Origin: an uncultured archaeon
GTDB taxonomy: Archaea; Thermoproteota; EX4484-205; JAAOZP01
Length of the DNA: 18,312 bases
Reading direction: 5' to 3'
NCBI GenBank assembly: GCA_938045545.1
Contig: CALIBN010000014.1
Coordinates: 1-18,312 of the forward strand
Below the pieces are notes generated by a model that did not search any database, was not told the DNA's origin, and was given only the letters and a program-made list of their open reading frames with translations. Shown here in pieces: positions 1 through 6,966 of this stretch (position 1 is its first letter; every line of letters begins with the position of its first letter). Position numbers and translations under genes: made by a program.

Positions 1-4
1 AAAA

Positions 5-655
5 CTAATAGTTTAAAACACGCTTGAGGAAATCGACCAGCTGTTTCTCCGACCTCATTCCAACCAGCTCATGAGAATCGTTCACGACCGTCTTCGGAAC
101 ACCCGTGACATTATATTTTTCCGCGAGCTCTGGGAACTCCATTGCTTCAATCATCTCACCTGTTATCATATCATTTTCTAATGCGAATTGGTGCGCATAG
201 AAAACCATTGTCGGGCAGTAGGGGCACGTGGGGGTTACGAAGACCTTAATGTTAAGCGGCTCCCTCACCATTTTAATGAAATCCCTCGTGGAATCCTTCA
301 GCATCGTCCTCTTATTGCTGACCATCAGAATATCCTTAACATAGGTTTCAAACTCGTATCCCGATGGTATTCCGAAAAACCTTATCCCGTAATCCTTCTC
401 GGGAGACCTTATGACGGTGGCTGGGAAAAGCCTAATACTGTACTTCTCAAGCTCCGTCAAACTGCTTTCGGAAGGATAGTGTTTCACGACGATATCCGGG
501 TTAATGCTTGAAACCTCCTGAGCTATCTGAAGAGTCTCCCTACAGTATTTACAGTCACCCTTATCCGTGAAAACCACTATGTCAACAGGATCCTTAAACT
601 CCCTGGTGAATACTCCGCGAAGCGTCTCCCTACTCTTCTCGTCTAAAAGAGCCAT
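5..655 (-). CDS. Protein disulfide oxidoreductase (PDO), two thioredoxin/glutaredoxin folds
   Basis: 216 aa with two CxxC motifs (CKYC, CPYC), plus GIRFFGIPSGYEF, VFVTPTCPYCP and the cis-Pro motif GVP typical of archaeal PDO / AhpF N-terminal-like proteins. Confidence 0.92.
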   Translation of the reverse strand: MALLDEKSRETLRGVFTREFKDPVDIVVFTDKGDCKYCRETLQIAQEVSSINPDIVVKHYPSESSLTELEKYSIRLFPATVIRSPEKDYGIRFFGIPSGYEFETYVKDILMVSNKRTMLKDSTRDFIKMVREPLNIKVFVTPTCPYCPTMVFYAHQFALENDMITGEMIEAMEFPELAEKYNVTGVPKTVVNDSHELVGMRSEKQLVDFLKRVLNY

Positions 656-679
656 TTCAAGAGACCAGCATTCTCCGCC

Positions 680-693
680 TATATATCTTTTTA
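680..693 (-). promoter_or_regulatory. BRE/TATA promoter for the PDO gene (probably leaderless)
   Basis: Minus strand reads TAAAAAGATATATA, ending about 25 bp upstream of the ATG at 655. Confidence 0.6.
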
Positions 694-1836
694 TCGAACA
701 CTCTCGCTGACGCTGGCCGCAGCGTCAAGCCTCTCAGCCAAGGCCTTAAGGTTCCTCACCGCGTGCAGCTTATCCTTCTCACCCATTTTCGCCCTAGACA
801 AAGCATCCTCCAGCATTCCTATCACGCGATCCATCCTCCTCCTGTTAACCGGGTACGGGACTCCGTCCTTACCGCCGAAAGAGAACGAGAACTTAACCGG
901 GTCCCTCCAGCTCGGGGGCGCGTCGAAGACTATTTGAGCAACCAGTGAAAGCGCCCTCAGCGTACCGGGCCCAACACCCCTGATGCTGAGAAGCTCCTCG
1001 TAGCTGCCTGGTTTAAGCTCGTAGGCTTCGCTGAGCGCTCTCCAGTTAACATTCCTCTCGAGCACAACCCTGTAGGCAGGAGGCTCCATGGCACCAGGTA
1101 TCCATTTCAAAATGGTTTCTGAAGACGCTTCCCCAACGGTTCTTAAGCATCTTCTGAGCCTCTGAGGAGGCTCTTTAACTATGTCGAGAGAGGCCTGCCT
1201 GTTCTCCCTGCTCTCCCTAGCGGTCAGGTTTAACACGTTTTCATGCTTTGAGACACCTATTATTCCGGAGTGCGGCTCCTCCACGAGGCTTGCCAAACCC
1301 TCGCTAAGCCAATGATACCTCCTAGCCCATTTCAGCCCAGTGTTCATACCCTGCTGGACAACAGCCCAGTTACCCTGCTTGTCGAAAATGAAGACATGAT
1401 GGTAAAGCTGGTACCCGGCCTGTATCAACGAGTTGTCAACCTTAGCGCATATCCTTGAAAGATACGCGAGCCTTCCAGGATCAGCATCAACGCTTCTACT
1501 GTTAACTATGCTCTCTATCTCGCTCGGCGTCCTACGGGAAACAGCCCCCTTGCCCCCGCACGCGTAAACCCCCAAGTCCCTACTGGACAAGACTGTTTTA
1601 AGAACCCCGGCTGTAACCGTCGTTGAGCCTGAGCTGTCCCAATCATACCCGAGAACGTTTGAGAAGCCTTGAAACCAGAGGGGGTCTGAAACACGTTTTA
1701 AAAGCTCTAGGGTGCCGAACTCCATTACTATGGCTTCAACAATAGCACCCCCTAGACGAACCATTCTTGAAACCAGCCACTGCGGAGCCCTGCCGCCGTG
1801 AAGGCGAAGATCGAAGAAGCCTTTCCTAGAGGACAC
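691..1836 (-). CDS. DUF763 family protein
   Basis: Family motifs LHGGRAPQWL, WFQGFSNVLGYDWDSSGSTT, AKVDNSLIQAGYQLYHH, W-VVQQGM, ARRYHW, an HhH-like GVGPGTLRAL and GGKDGVPYPV. Confidence 0.9.
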   Translation of the reverse strand: MSSRKGFFDLRLHGGRAPQWLVSRMVRLGGAIVEAIVMEFGTLELLKRVSDPLWFQGFSNVLGYDWDSSGSTTVTAGVLKTVLSSRDLGVYACGGKGAVSRRTPSEIESIVNSRSVDADPGRLAYLSRICAKVDNSLIQAGYQLYHHVFIFDKQGNWAVVQQGMNTGLKWARRYHWLSEGLASLVEEPHSGIIGVSKHENVLNLTARESRENRQASLDIVKEPPQRLRRCLRTVGEASSETILKWIPGAMEPPAYRVVLERNVNWRALSEAYELKPGSYEELLSIRGVGPGTLRALSLVAQIVFDAPPSWRDPVKFSFSFGGKDGVPYPVNRRRMDRVIGMLEDALSRAKMGEKDKLHAVRNLKALAERLDAAASVSESVR

Positions 1837-1903
1837 TCCTGAACAATGGCTTCCGCCCGCAGCCTAAAAACTTTTTACTCCCCCCAGAGGCTTTAAACCA
1901 GCC

Positions 1904-2395
1904 ATGTCCAGCGTGAGTCTTGAACGCGTCGAGATAAGGCCTCCGGAAGGGGTGCAGCTGATAATAGGCCAGTCCCACTTTATTAAAAGCGTTGAAGACC
2001 TTTATGAGGCGATTGCTTCAAGTATGCCTAAGGTGGATTTTGGAGTTGCATTCTGCGAGTCGAGCGGGCCCGCCCTGGTAAGACACGAGGGGAGCAGCGA
2101 GGAGCTGGAGAAGCTTGCTGTAGAGTATGCTCTCAAGATTTCAGCCGGCCATGTTTTCATAGTTGTTTTAAGAAACGCTTACCCGGTTAACGTTTTAAAC
2201 AGGATTAAGAGCGTGGAGGAGGTTGCCACTGTTTTCTGCGCAACGGGAAACCCGGTTGACGTCATAGTTGCTGAAACAACGCTAGGCAGGGGTGTGCTTG
2301 GGGTTGTTGACGGCGTTAAGACGAAGGGTGTTGAAAACGAGGAGGATAAGAAGCATAGGCGCGAGTTCCTTAGGAGAATAGGTTATAAGAAGTGA
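1904..2395 (+). CDS. Adenosine-specific kinase family (DUF355) adenosine/AMP-binding protein
   Basis: Motifs IIGQSHFIKSVEDL, FCESSG, AGHVF, YPVNVLNRIK, CATGNP, GRGVLGVVDG and a C-terminal LRRIGYK. Confidence 0.88.
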   Translation: MSSVSLERVEIRPPEGVQLIIGQSHFIKSVEDLYEAIASSMPKVDFGVAFCESSGPALVRHEGSSEELEKLAVEYALKISAGHVFIVVLRNAYPVNVLNRIKSVEEVATVFCATGNPVDVIVAETTLGRGVLGVVDGVKTKGVENEEDKKHRREFLRRIGYKK

Positions 2396-2401
2396 GGAGG
2401 A

Positions 2402-3382
2402 ATGAGGTACGTCATAGGTATTGACGGGGGAGGAACCAAGACTCAGGCGGCGCTCCTCAGGCTTAACGGGGAAGTGGCTTCCCACGATGAGACAGGGCCG
2501 TCGAACTACCATAACGTTGGAGTGGAGCAGGCTAGAAGAACACTTGAAGAAGCATGCTTGAAAGTAATCCGGAAAGCAGGCGTAGACGCTGAGAGCGTTG
2601 AAATAGTCGTCGCGTCCCTAGCCGGGCTTGACTGCAGCCTTGATTTTAAAGCCATGTGGAACGCTGTGGAAGGGTTCCCCATAGGCAGCATAACGCTCGT
2701 TCACGATTCTATGGCTGCTCTCTACGCTACTAACGCGGGCAGGGAGAGCGCAATAATAATAGCTGGAACAGGCTCTGCGACAGCCGGCATAAACAGGAGG
2801 GGAGAGTACGCGAGGGCAGGCGGATGGGGGTATATTCTTGGAGACGAGGGAAGCGGCTTCTACCTGGCTAAAAGGGGAATCGTGGCAGCACTTTTAGAGT
2901 ACGAGGAGAGAGGCCCGAAAACCATGATAACCAGCCTTCTCTTAGAAAGGTTCAACGCGAAGACTCCTGACGAGATAATATGGCACGTTTACACGGGTGG
3001 CATGGGCATCACGGAGTTCGCCAGGCTTGCCCCCCTCGTGACCGAGGCTGCTTTAAAAGGGGACAGTGTCGCGATAAGCATTCTGCGCGACGCTGGAAGG
3101 GAGCTTGCGAACACCGTCAGCGGAGTAATAAGGAGGCTTAAAATGGAGGAAGACGAGTTTCCAATAGGATTGATCGGGGGAGTGTTCAAAGCCGGTAGGC
3201 TTGTAACTGGGCCTCTGGAGGAGGCTGTGCACAGGGTTGCTCCGAAAGCCTACTTGACCTCGCCCAGGTTTCCGCCGGTAATAGGCTCATCCCTGATAGC
3301 GCTTGAGAAGGCGGGTGTGAAAATAAGCGACGATGTTCTCGCCAACACGCAGAGAACACTGAGAGAGCACGGTTTACAGTAG
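2402..3382 (+). CDS. BadF/BadG/BcrA/BcrD ATPase family sugar kinase (GlcNAc/MurNAc kinase-like)
   Basis: ASKHA motifs GIDGGGTKT, GPSN, HDS, IAGTGS, GGWGYILGDEGSG and GGVF. A GGAGG Shine-Dalgarno precedes the ATG, 6 bp after the upstream gene. Confidence 0.88.
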   Translation: MRYVIGIDGGGTKTQAALLRLNGEVASHDETGPSNYHNVGVEQARRTLEEACLKVIRKAGVDAESVEIVVASLAGLDCSLDFKAMWNAVEGFPIGSITLVHDSMAALYATNAGRESAIIIAGTGSATAGINRRGEYARAGGWGYILGDEGSGFYLAKRGIVAALLEYEERGPKTMITSLLLERFNAKTPDEIIWHVYTGGMGITEFARLAPLVTEAALKGDSVAISILRDAGRELANTVSGVIRRLKMEEDEFPIGLIGGVFKAGRLVTGPLEEAVHRVAPKAYLTSPRFPPVIGSSLIALEKAGVKISDDVLANTQRTLREHGLQ

Positions 3383-3453
3383 GTTTGAAAGGCGCGTATT
3401 CGAATCCGAGGTTCATCGGAGGACGATTTTAAAAGCTAGAATTCTCCAAGTCG

Positions 3454-4335
3454 TCACGTTTCCTTAAGCTTAATCTTGGCGAGGCTGGTCAGAATCTCGA
3501 ACAGCGCATCGTTAATCTCGCTTGTCGTCTGACACTCCAGAATATACACGTCGTAAGTCTTATAGTAGTCGAAAAGAGCCCTCGCCCGGTCTGAGAGGCT
3601 TGGGACGACGAGAAGCAGCTTCTTATCAGCCTTAACATCCATAGCCTTTAGAACTATTGAGAGCGCAGATTCGTCGACAGGCCTACTGCTCACAATAATG
3701 TCGATCAGCGCGTCCACACTATCCGAGTCCTCCCTGTAGGAGACGGCCAGTGTGAAAACGTGTTCAACACCCGACCTGCCGATTATCCTCGCAGGATGGT
3801 CAACCCTCCAGCCCTTAGCCCTAAGAGCCTCCACGATGGGCTTAAGATCCATAACCCATTTCTCAACCAGGCTCTTCTTATTCTCGTTAAGCCTGTAAGA
3901 ATATATTTTCTTGGGCACTCCCTCACCCTCGTGGAAAACATGCTTCTCAGCCAAGCAGATGAGCCTCCTGCCGAGCAGGTTGCTAACGATGCTTTCAATC
4001 ACCTTAGCCCTCGCCTCAGGCGACGCTGGCTGTATGCCTGAAAGGTCTACGAGAAACCTCGTTTCCCCGCAGTGTGGGCAGGCGAGCACAGTCGCTGACT
4101 CCTCCCTGACCAGTATTCCCTCGTCAGCCAGGGATTCAAGAGTCTCCTTAATACTCTTGGTGGAGGAGCCCATTATTTTTTCAGCCTCAGGGTAGATGAA
4201 CTCCCCAGCCTGGTTTAGCTCAGGCTTAAGCTCAGAAAGAGCACCGTCTATCAAAGCCTTGAGCAACACTTGAACATCGCTCCTGTTGAGGAGCGGTGAG
4301 AACGGTGCTTCCTCGCTGGACTTTTCTTCACCCAT
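3454..4335 (-). CDS. Hypothetical protein: TackOD1-like wHTH/Zn-ribbon N-terminus plus restriction-endonuclease-like C-terminal domain
   Basis: The pattern YP..(x15)..LESLADEGIL..CPHCG recalls TackOD1. GRSGVEHVF recalls the G-x-S-G-x-x-H-x-F motif of Mrr-like/PD-(D/E)XK-fold domains. Confidence 0.6.
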   Translation of the reverse strand: MGEEKSSEEAPFSPLLNRSDVQVLLKALIDGALSELKPELNQAGEFIYPEAEKIMGSSTKSIKETLESLADEGILVREESATVLACPHCGETRFLVDLSGIQPASPEARAKVIESIVSNLLGRRLICLAEKHVFHEGEGVPKKIYSYRLNENKKSLVEKWVMDLKPIVEALRAKGWRVDHPARIIGRSGVEHVFTLAVSYREDSDSVDALIDIIVSSRPVDESALSIVLKAMDVKADKKLLLVVPSLSDRARALFDYYKTYDVYILECQTTSEINDALFEILTSLAKIKLKET

Positions 4336-4443
4336 GTCCCAGTCTTCCTCTCTTAATACTTTCTTTAAAACAGCGTAGTTAAATTTTGCTTATGTAAAAG
4401 CACGATGAAAAAGCCTTTAAAAACATGTTTTCCAAGAGTTTTA

Positions 4444-4600
4444 GCCGGTTCGCCGTGGAGCTTTTGACGCTTCCACGGCTGAAGCCAGTGGGATTCCGGT
4501 TCGTCAGCCTAAGGCTCCATCCCGCCGGGTTACGGGCTGCGTCAAGCAAGCCCCTGCCATACGCATGTAACGCATGGCTCGCTCCATGGTGTTTTAGCTG
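4444..4600 (-). ncRNA. Putative TnpB omega-RNA-like scaffold plus flanking guide position (5' end uncertain)
   Basis: Stem-loop GGGC-T-TGC[TTGAC]GCA-GCCC whose TTGACGC (4545-4539) is complementary to the terminal GCGTCAA (4470-4464), giving an omega-RNA-type pseudoknot. The right-end hairpin is at 4473-4491. Confidence 0.55.
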
Positions 4601-4615
4601 TTGTAGCCGTTATGA
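4464..4615 (-). mobile_element. Decayed IS200/IS605-family remnant (tnpB 3' tail plus right end)
   Basis: The minus strand ends GGAATCCCACTGGCTTCAGCCGTGGAAGCGTCAA, a subterminal hairpin plus TCAA typical of IS605 right ends. The upstream frame reads HNGYNS*NTMERAMRYMRMAGACLTQP, resembling a stop-interrupted TnpB C-terminus (HADxNxAxNI..RA...AGA.LTQP). No tnpA or full-length tnpB is present in the window. Confidence 0.7.
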
Positions 4616-4694
4616 ATCGGGCTGGGATGCTTCCTCCAAAAGCTCCCGATTACTTGGTCCTCCACAGCTCCCGGCCCGTATATTATTATGATAT

Positions 4695-4753
4695 CGGATC
4701 GTATAGAGATGAACACGGATCATACTAAGATAAATTCGGATCGTATTCGGATG
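4695..4753. repeat. Phased direct repeats CGGATCRTA x3 at a 21-bp period, plus a partial fourth copy
   Basis: CGGATCGTA at 4695, CGGATCATA at 4716, CGGATCGTA at 4737 and CGGATGGT at 4748. Confidence 0.75.
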
Positions 4754-4844
4754 GTCCTGGGGAAAGCTTTCAGCGAAGCACTTCAAACGTTAATGGCGAT
4801 TCGACCCCCATGTCCTTCGGGCATTGGCTCTAGCTGGATATGGT

Positions 4845-4858
4845 AAAAAAGATATATT
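4845..4858 (+). promoter_or_regulatory. BRE/TATA promoter for the DUF99 gene
   Basis: AAAAAAGATATATT ends about 25 bp before the ATG at 4883. Confidence 0.6.
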
Positions 4859-4882
4859 CCTTAACCGGTGAATGGACAACGT

Positions 4883-5461
4883 ATGAGAGTAAAGGCTTCT
4901 AAGAAAGCCATAAGAGCACTGGGGGTGGCCGAAAGCTTCCGAAAGGGATCGGCCAAGGCTTTTCTAGCCGGAGTAGTTATGCGCAGCGACTTCATAATAG
5001 ACGGTTTCGCCATAAACCGTACAACGATCTCGGGTGACGACGCTACCGACTCCATCATAGCTCTCTACAGCTCGCTGGGCAGGAGGGACATTAACCTGAT
5101 AATGATCGGGGGAACAGTTATAAGCATGTATAACATTATCGACGTTAACAGGGTTTTCCAGGAGACAGGAAGACCAGTTATAGCAGTAACCTATAGGCCT
5201 TCCCAAGGGATTGAGGACGCTATAAAGAAGCATTTCCCGGACGACTGGGAGAGAAAGCTTGAAGCCTACAGGAGGCTCGGCCCCAGGAGCGAAGTCAAGC
5301 TGAAAAACGGCTTCAAAGTCTTCGTCAGAAGCATCGGAATAGACGATTACGATTCGAAACTTGTTTTAAACAGGTTCACGTTTTTCGGGAGGATCCCTGA
5401 GCCGATTCGCGTGGCAAGGCTTCTGGCTAGAAGCCTTCTACACCTGGAGACCGGGGTTTAA
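4883..5461 (+). CDS. DUF99 / UPF0215 family protein (endonuclease V-like fold)
   Basis: Motifs LGVAESF, GVVMRSD.IIDG, GDDATD, YNIID, PVIAV and IPEPIRVARLLA. ATG 4883 is preferred over GTG 4868 because of TATA spacing. Confidence 0.85.
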   Translation: MRVKASKKAIRALGVAESFRKGSAKAFLAGVVMRSDFIIDGFAINRTTISGDDATDSIIALYSSLGRRDINLIMIGGTVISMYNIIDVNRVFQETGRPVIAVTYRPSQGIEDAIKKHFPDDWERKLEAYRRLGPRSEVKLKNGFKVFVRSIGIDDYDSKLVLNRFTFFGRIPEPIRVARLLARSLLHLETGV

Positions 5462-5536
5462 AGTTCTCCCGAGACAATTTAAACAGGGGTTTCAAGCTTA
5501 GCCAATGCCCAAGTTTCCTCCCAGAGCCCCATGAGT

Positions 5537-5549
5537 AAAAAATATAAAA
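5537..5549 (+). promoter_or_regulatory. BRE/TATA promoter for rpl35Ae
   Basis: AAAAAATATAAAA ends about 24 bp before the ATG at 5573. Confidence 0.6.
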
Positions 5550-5572
5550 CCAGTGTTTCTCCAAGCATCCTG

Positions 5573-5881
5573 ATGATCAGGTCACGGGCTCTCCGTGGAA
5601 TAGTTGAGGGACCCAGGCTCGGAATGAGGAACGTGAAGAAACACCAGTACTTGGCCAGGTTTGAAGGAGTCGCTGACAGGCGGGAGGCTGCTAGCCGCCT
5701 CCTCGGGAGGAAAGCAGTATGCCTCGTGGGGAAAGGCAGGAAAATCTTCGGAAGGATTACCGGCCTGCACGGTAGGAAAGGCACCGTCAGGGTGCGGTTT
5801 AGAAGGGGGCTTCCCGAGCCTTCAAACGGTCTGCCCCTTGTCCTGATAGAGTCGAAACGTGATTTAAAACCTAGGGATTGA
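5573..5881 (+). CDS. rpl35ae: 50S ribosomal protein L35Ae (eL33)
   Basis: Basic protein with EAASRLLGRK, GKGRKIFGRITGLHGRKGTVRVRFRRGLP, matching the L35Ae pattern G.I...HG..G.VR.RF..GLP. Start moved from 5531 to ATG 5573 on promoter spacing. Confidence 0.88.
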   Translation: MIRSRALRGIVEGPRLGMRNVKKHQYLARFEGVADRREAASRLLGRKAVCLVGKGRKIFGRITGLHGRKGTVRVRFRRGLPEPSNGLPLVLIESKRDLKPRD

Positions 5882-5891
5882 GACAAAGGAT

Positions 5892-5924
5892 AAGGCTTCC
5901 TCGCCTAGAGGAGGAAAGCCTTTT
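5892..5924. terminator. Hairpin between convergent genes (possible terminator or 3'-end structure)
   Basis: AAGGCTTCCTC-N8-GAGGAAAGCCTT (one bulge) followed by T residues. Confidence 0.35.
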
Positions 5925-5961
5925 AGCCTTTCCTCGGCTCGGGAAAACGGTTGAACATTTT

Positions 5962-6681
5962 TCAAAGGTTACGCTGGGGGCTTCTCAACGGAACCGTGAG
6001 GCTTAACAGGCCGTTTACGGCTGAAACATAGAACTCTGGGTCAACCTCCGAGACGAGGTCTCCCGCAACGTCAATAACGTAAACCGTGTGAAGCCTCGAG
6101 TTCTTTATCTCCTCAAGGCCTACCGGTGGATTCTTATAGTACAGGTCGCACAGGCTTTTTACCTCAATGATTTCGTCGCTTCTCCTAAACCTCGGGGGCT
6201 TAACTAGGGAAGAGGGTATTTGAAGAACATAGTACGGCGGGATGCCTAGGCCAAACTTGTCGACTAGAACACTGTACCTAGTTATCTTGCTGGCAACCCT
6301 AGCCCTGCAGTAGAGCTCCGGATCCAAAGCGTTCTCCGGAGGCACATATCCTGTTTCAACCTCGACAGCCAGCGTCCCATGCCCCCTGACAGCGTAAACA
6401 TCGCAGACAAGCCCGTTTCCGAGGTCGTGTTCAACATCAACATCGTAGCCTTTAAGCATGAGGTGTTTAGCGCAGACGAGCTCCATCACGGAATGGTTTA
6501 TCTTGACGAGCCCCTTTCGGCTGAGCTCGATAAGCCTGTTCTTCAGGTTTTCAAGCCTACGCCTAATATCCTGGTCCACGTTCCTCCCAATCGCGTCCAC
6601 AAGGGTTTCAACGTCTTCTTCAAACTTATTCCCAGGCAATTCTTCTTTTATAAACCTGCTGTCTAAGGCTTTTAAAAACAT
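5962..6681 (-). CDS. Conserved archaeal hypothetical protein with predicted PD-(D/E)XK nuclease-like fold
   Basis: HSVMELVCAKHL..GY.V.VEH....LVCDVYA.....LAVEVETG fits the helix-E, D, ExE layout of PD-(D/E)XK folds. The true start may be TTG 6639. Confidence 0.6.
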   Translation of the reverse strand: MFLKALDSRFIKEELPGNKFEEDVETLVDAIGRNVDQDIRRRLENLKNRLIELSRKGLVKINHSVMELVCAKHLMLKGYDVDVEHDLGNGLVCDVYAVRGHGTLAVEVETGYVPPENALDPELYCRARVASKITRYSVLVDKFGLGIPPYYVLQIPSSLVKPPRFRRSDEIIEVKSLCDLYYKNPPVGLEEIKNSRLHTVYVIDVAGDLVSEVDPEFYVSAVNGLLSLTVPLRSPQRNL

Positions 6682-6717
6682 TCTGCATAGGATCCAGATT
6701 TTTAGAGTAGTAACTAC

Positions 6718-6761
6718 AGAAGGACTTGCGAAACACTTTTTAATTTTCGCAACTTCCTTCT
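6718..6761 (+). promoter_or_regulatory. TATA box (TTTTTAAT, 6737-6744) embedded in an inverted repeat; putative promoter/operator of the rod-like RNA
   Basis: AGAAGGA-C-TTGCGAAA (6718-6733), an 11-bp spacer, then TTTCGCAA-CT-TCCTTCT (6745-6761). The TATA box ends about 21 bp before the hairpin 5' end. Confidence 0.6.
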
Positions 6762-6764
6762 TTC

Positions 6765-6943
6765 AAGCCCGGCGTGGGAAGCAGGCTTGGGCGGGAAGCG
6801 GCTGTAAAGCTGATTCCAGCAGCAGCCTCACACCGGGTTGCTGGGAGACAACATCAAACAGCAGCTTGGCGGAAGACTGCAGCTGGGAGAGGCAGAACAG
6901 TTGCAGCTCGTTCAGGCTTAGACTCACGGCGGGCTTTCTTTTT
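6765..6943 (+). ncRNA. Unannotated rod-like structured RNA (~172-180 nt)
   Basis: Arm 6765-6843 pairs with arm 6859-6936 in register with one 1-nt bulge: 49 Watson-Crick, 13 G-U and 16 mismatches (13 purine-purine). It is flanked by a TATA box and a TTTCTTTTT tract. Confidence 0.72.
6935..6943 (+). terminator. Archaeal oligo-T terminator
   Basis: TTTCTTTTT overlaps and follows the base of the long hairpin. Confidence 0.55.
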
Positions 6944-6966
6944 AATGGGAACTAGACTCTGAATCT

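Noticed and set aside
3391-3420. TTCGAATCC T-loop-like motif suggesting a tRNA
   Set aside because: No T-stem, acceptor stem or cloverleaf can be formed around it.
4464-4486. Self-targeting of the omega-RNA guide (TTGAC followed by guide-like sequence on the plus strand)
   Set aside because: The match is out of register by 2 nt and needs several indels in the seed, so it is kept only as an RNA fold-back observation.
4425-4691. 88-aa plus-strand ORF
   Set aside because: Antisense to the IS605 remnant, with no recognisable motif; the region is better explained as non-coding.
4695-4753. Mini-CRISPR array or ORB-type replication origin
   Set aside because: 9-bp repeats with 12-bp spacers are too short for CRISPR, no cas genes are present, there is no ORB-like TCCA-GTGGA/G-string consensus and no cdc6 is nearby.
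6765-6936. Hairpin as terminator of the minus-strand flx operon, or as SRP/RNase P/tRNA/5S RNA
   Set aside because: On the minus strand the 13 G-U pairs become A-C mismatches and the stem is far longer than a terminator; none of the conserved motifs of those RNAs are present.
6458-6962. Plus-strand ORFs 6458-6955 and 6774-6962, and a ~54-codon minus-strand GTG ORF over the hairpin
   Set aside because: No protein-like motifs; the first is largely antisense to a real gene, and the sequence is explained by near-continuous base pairing.
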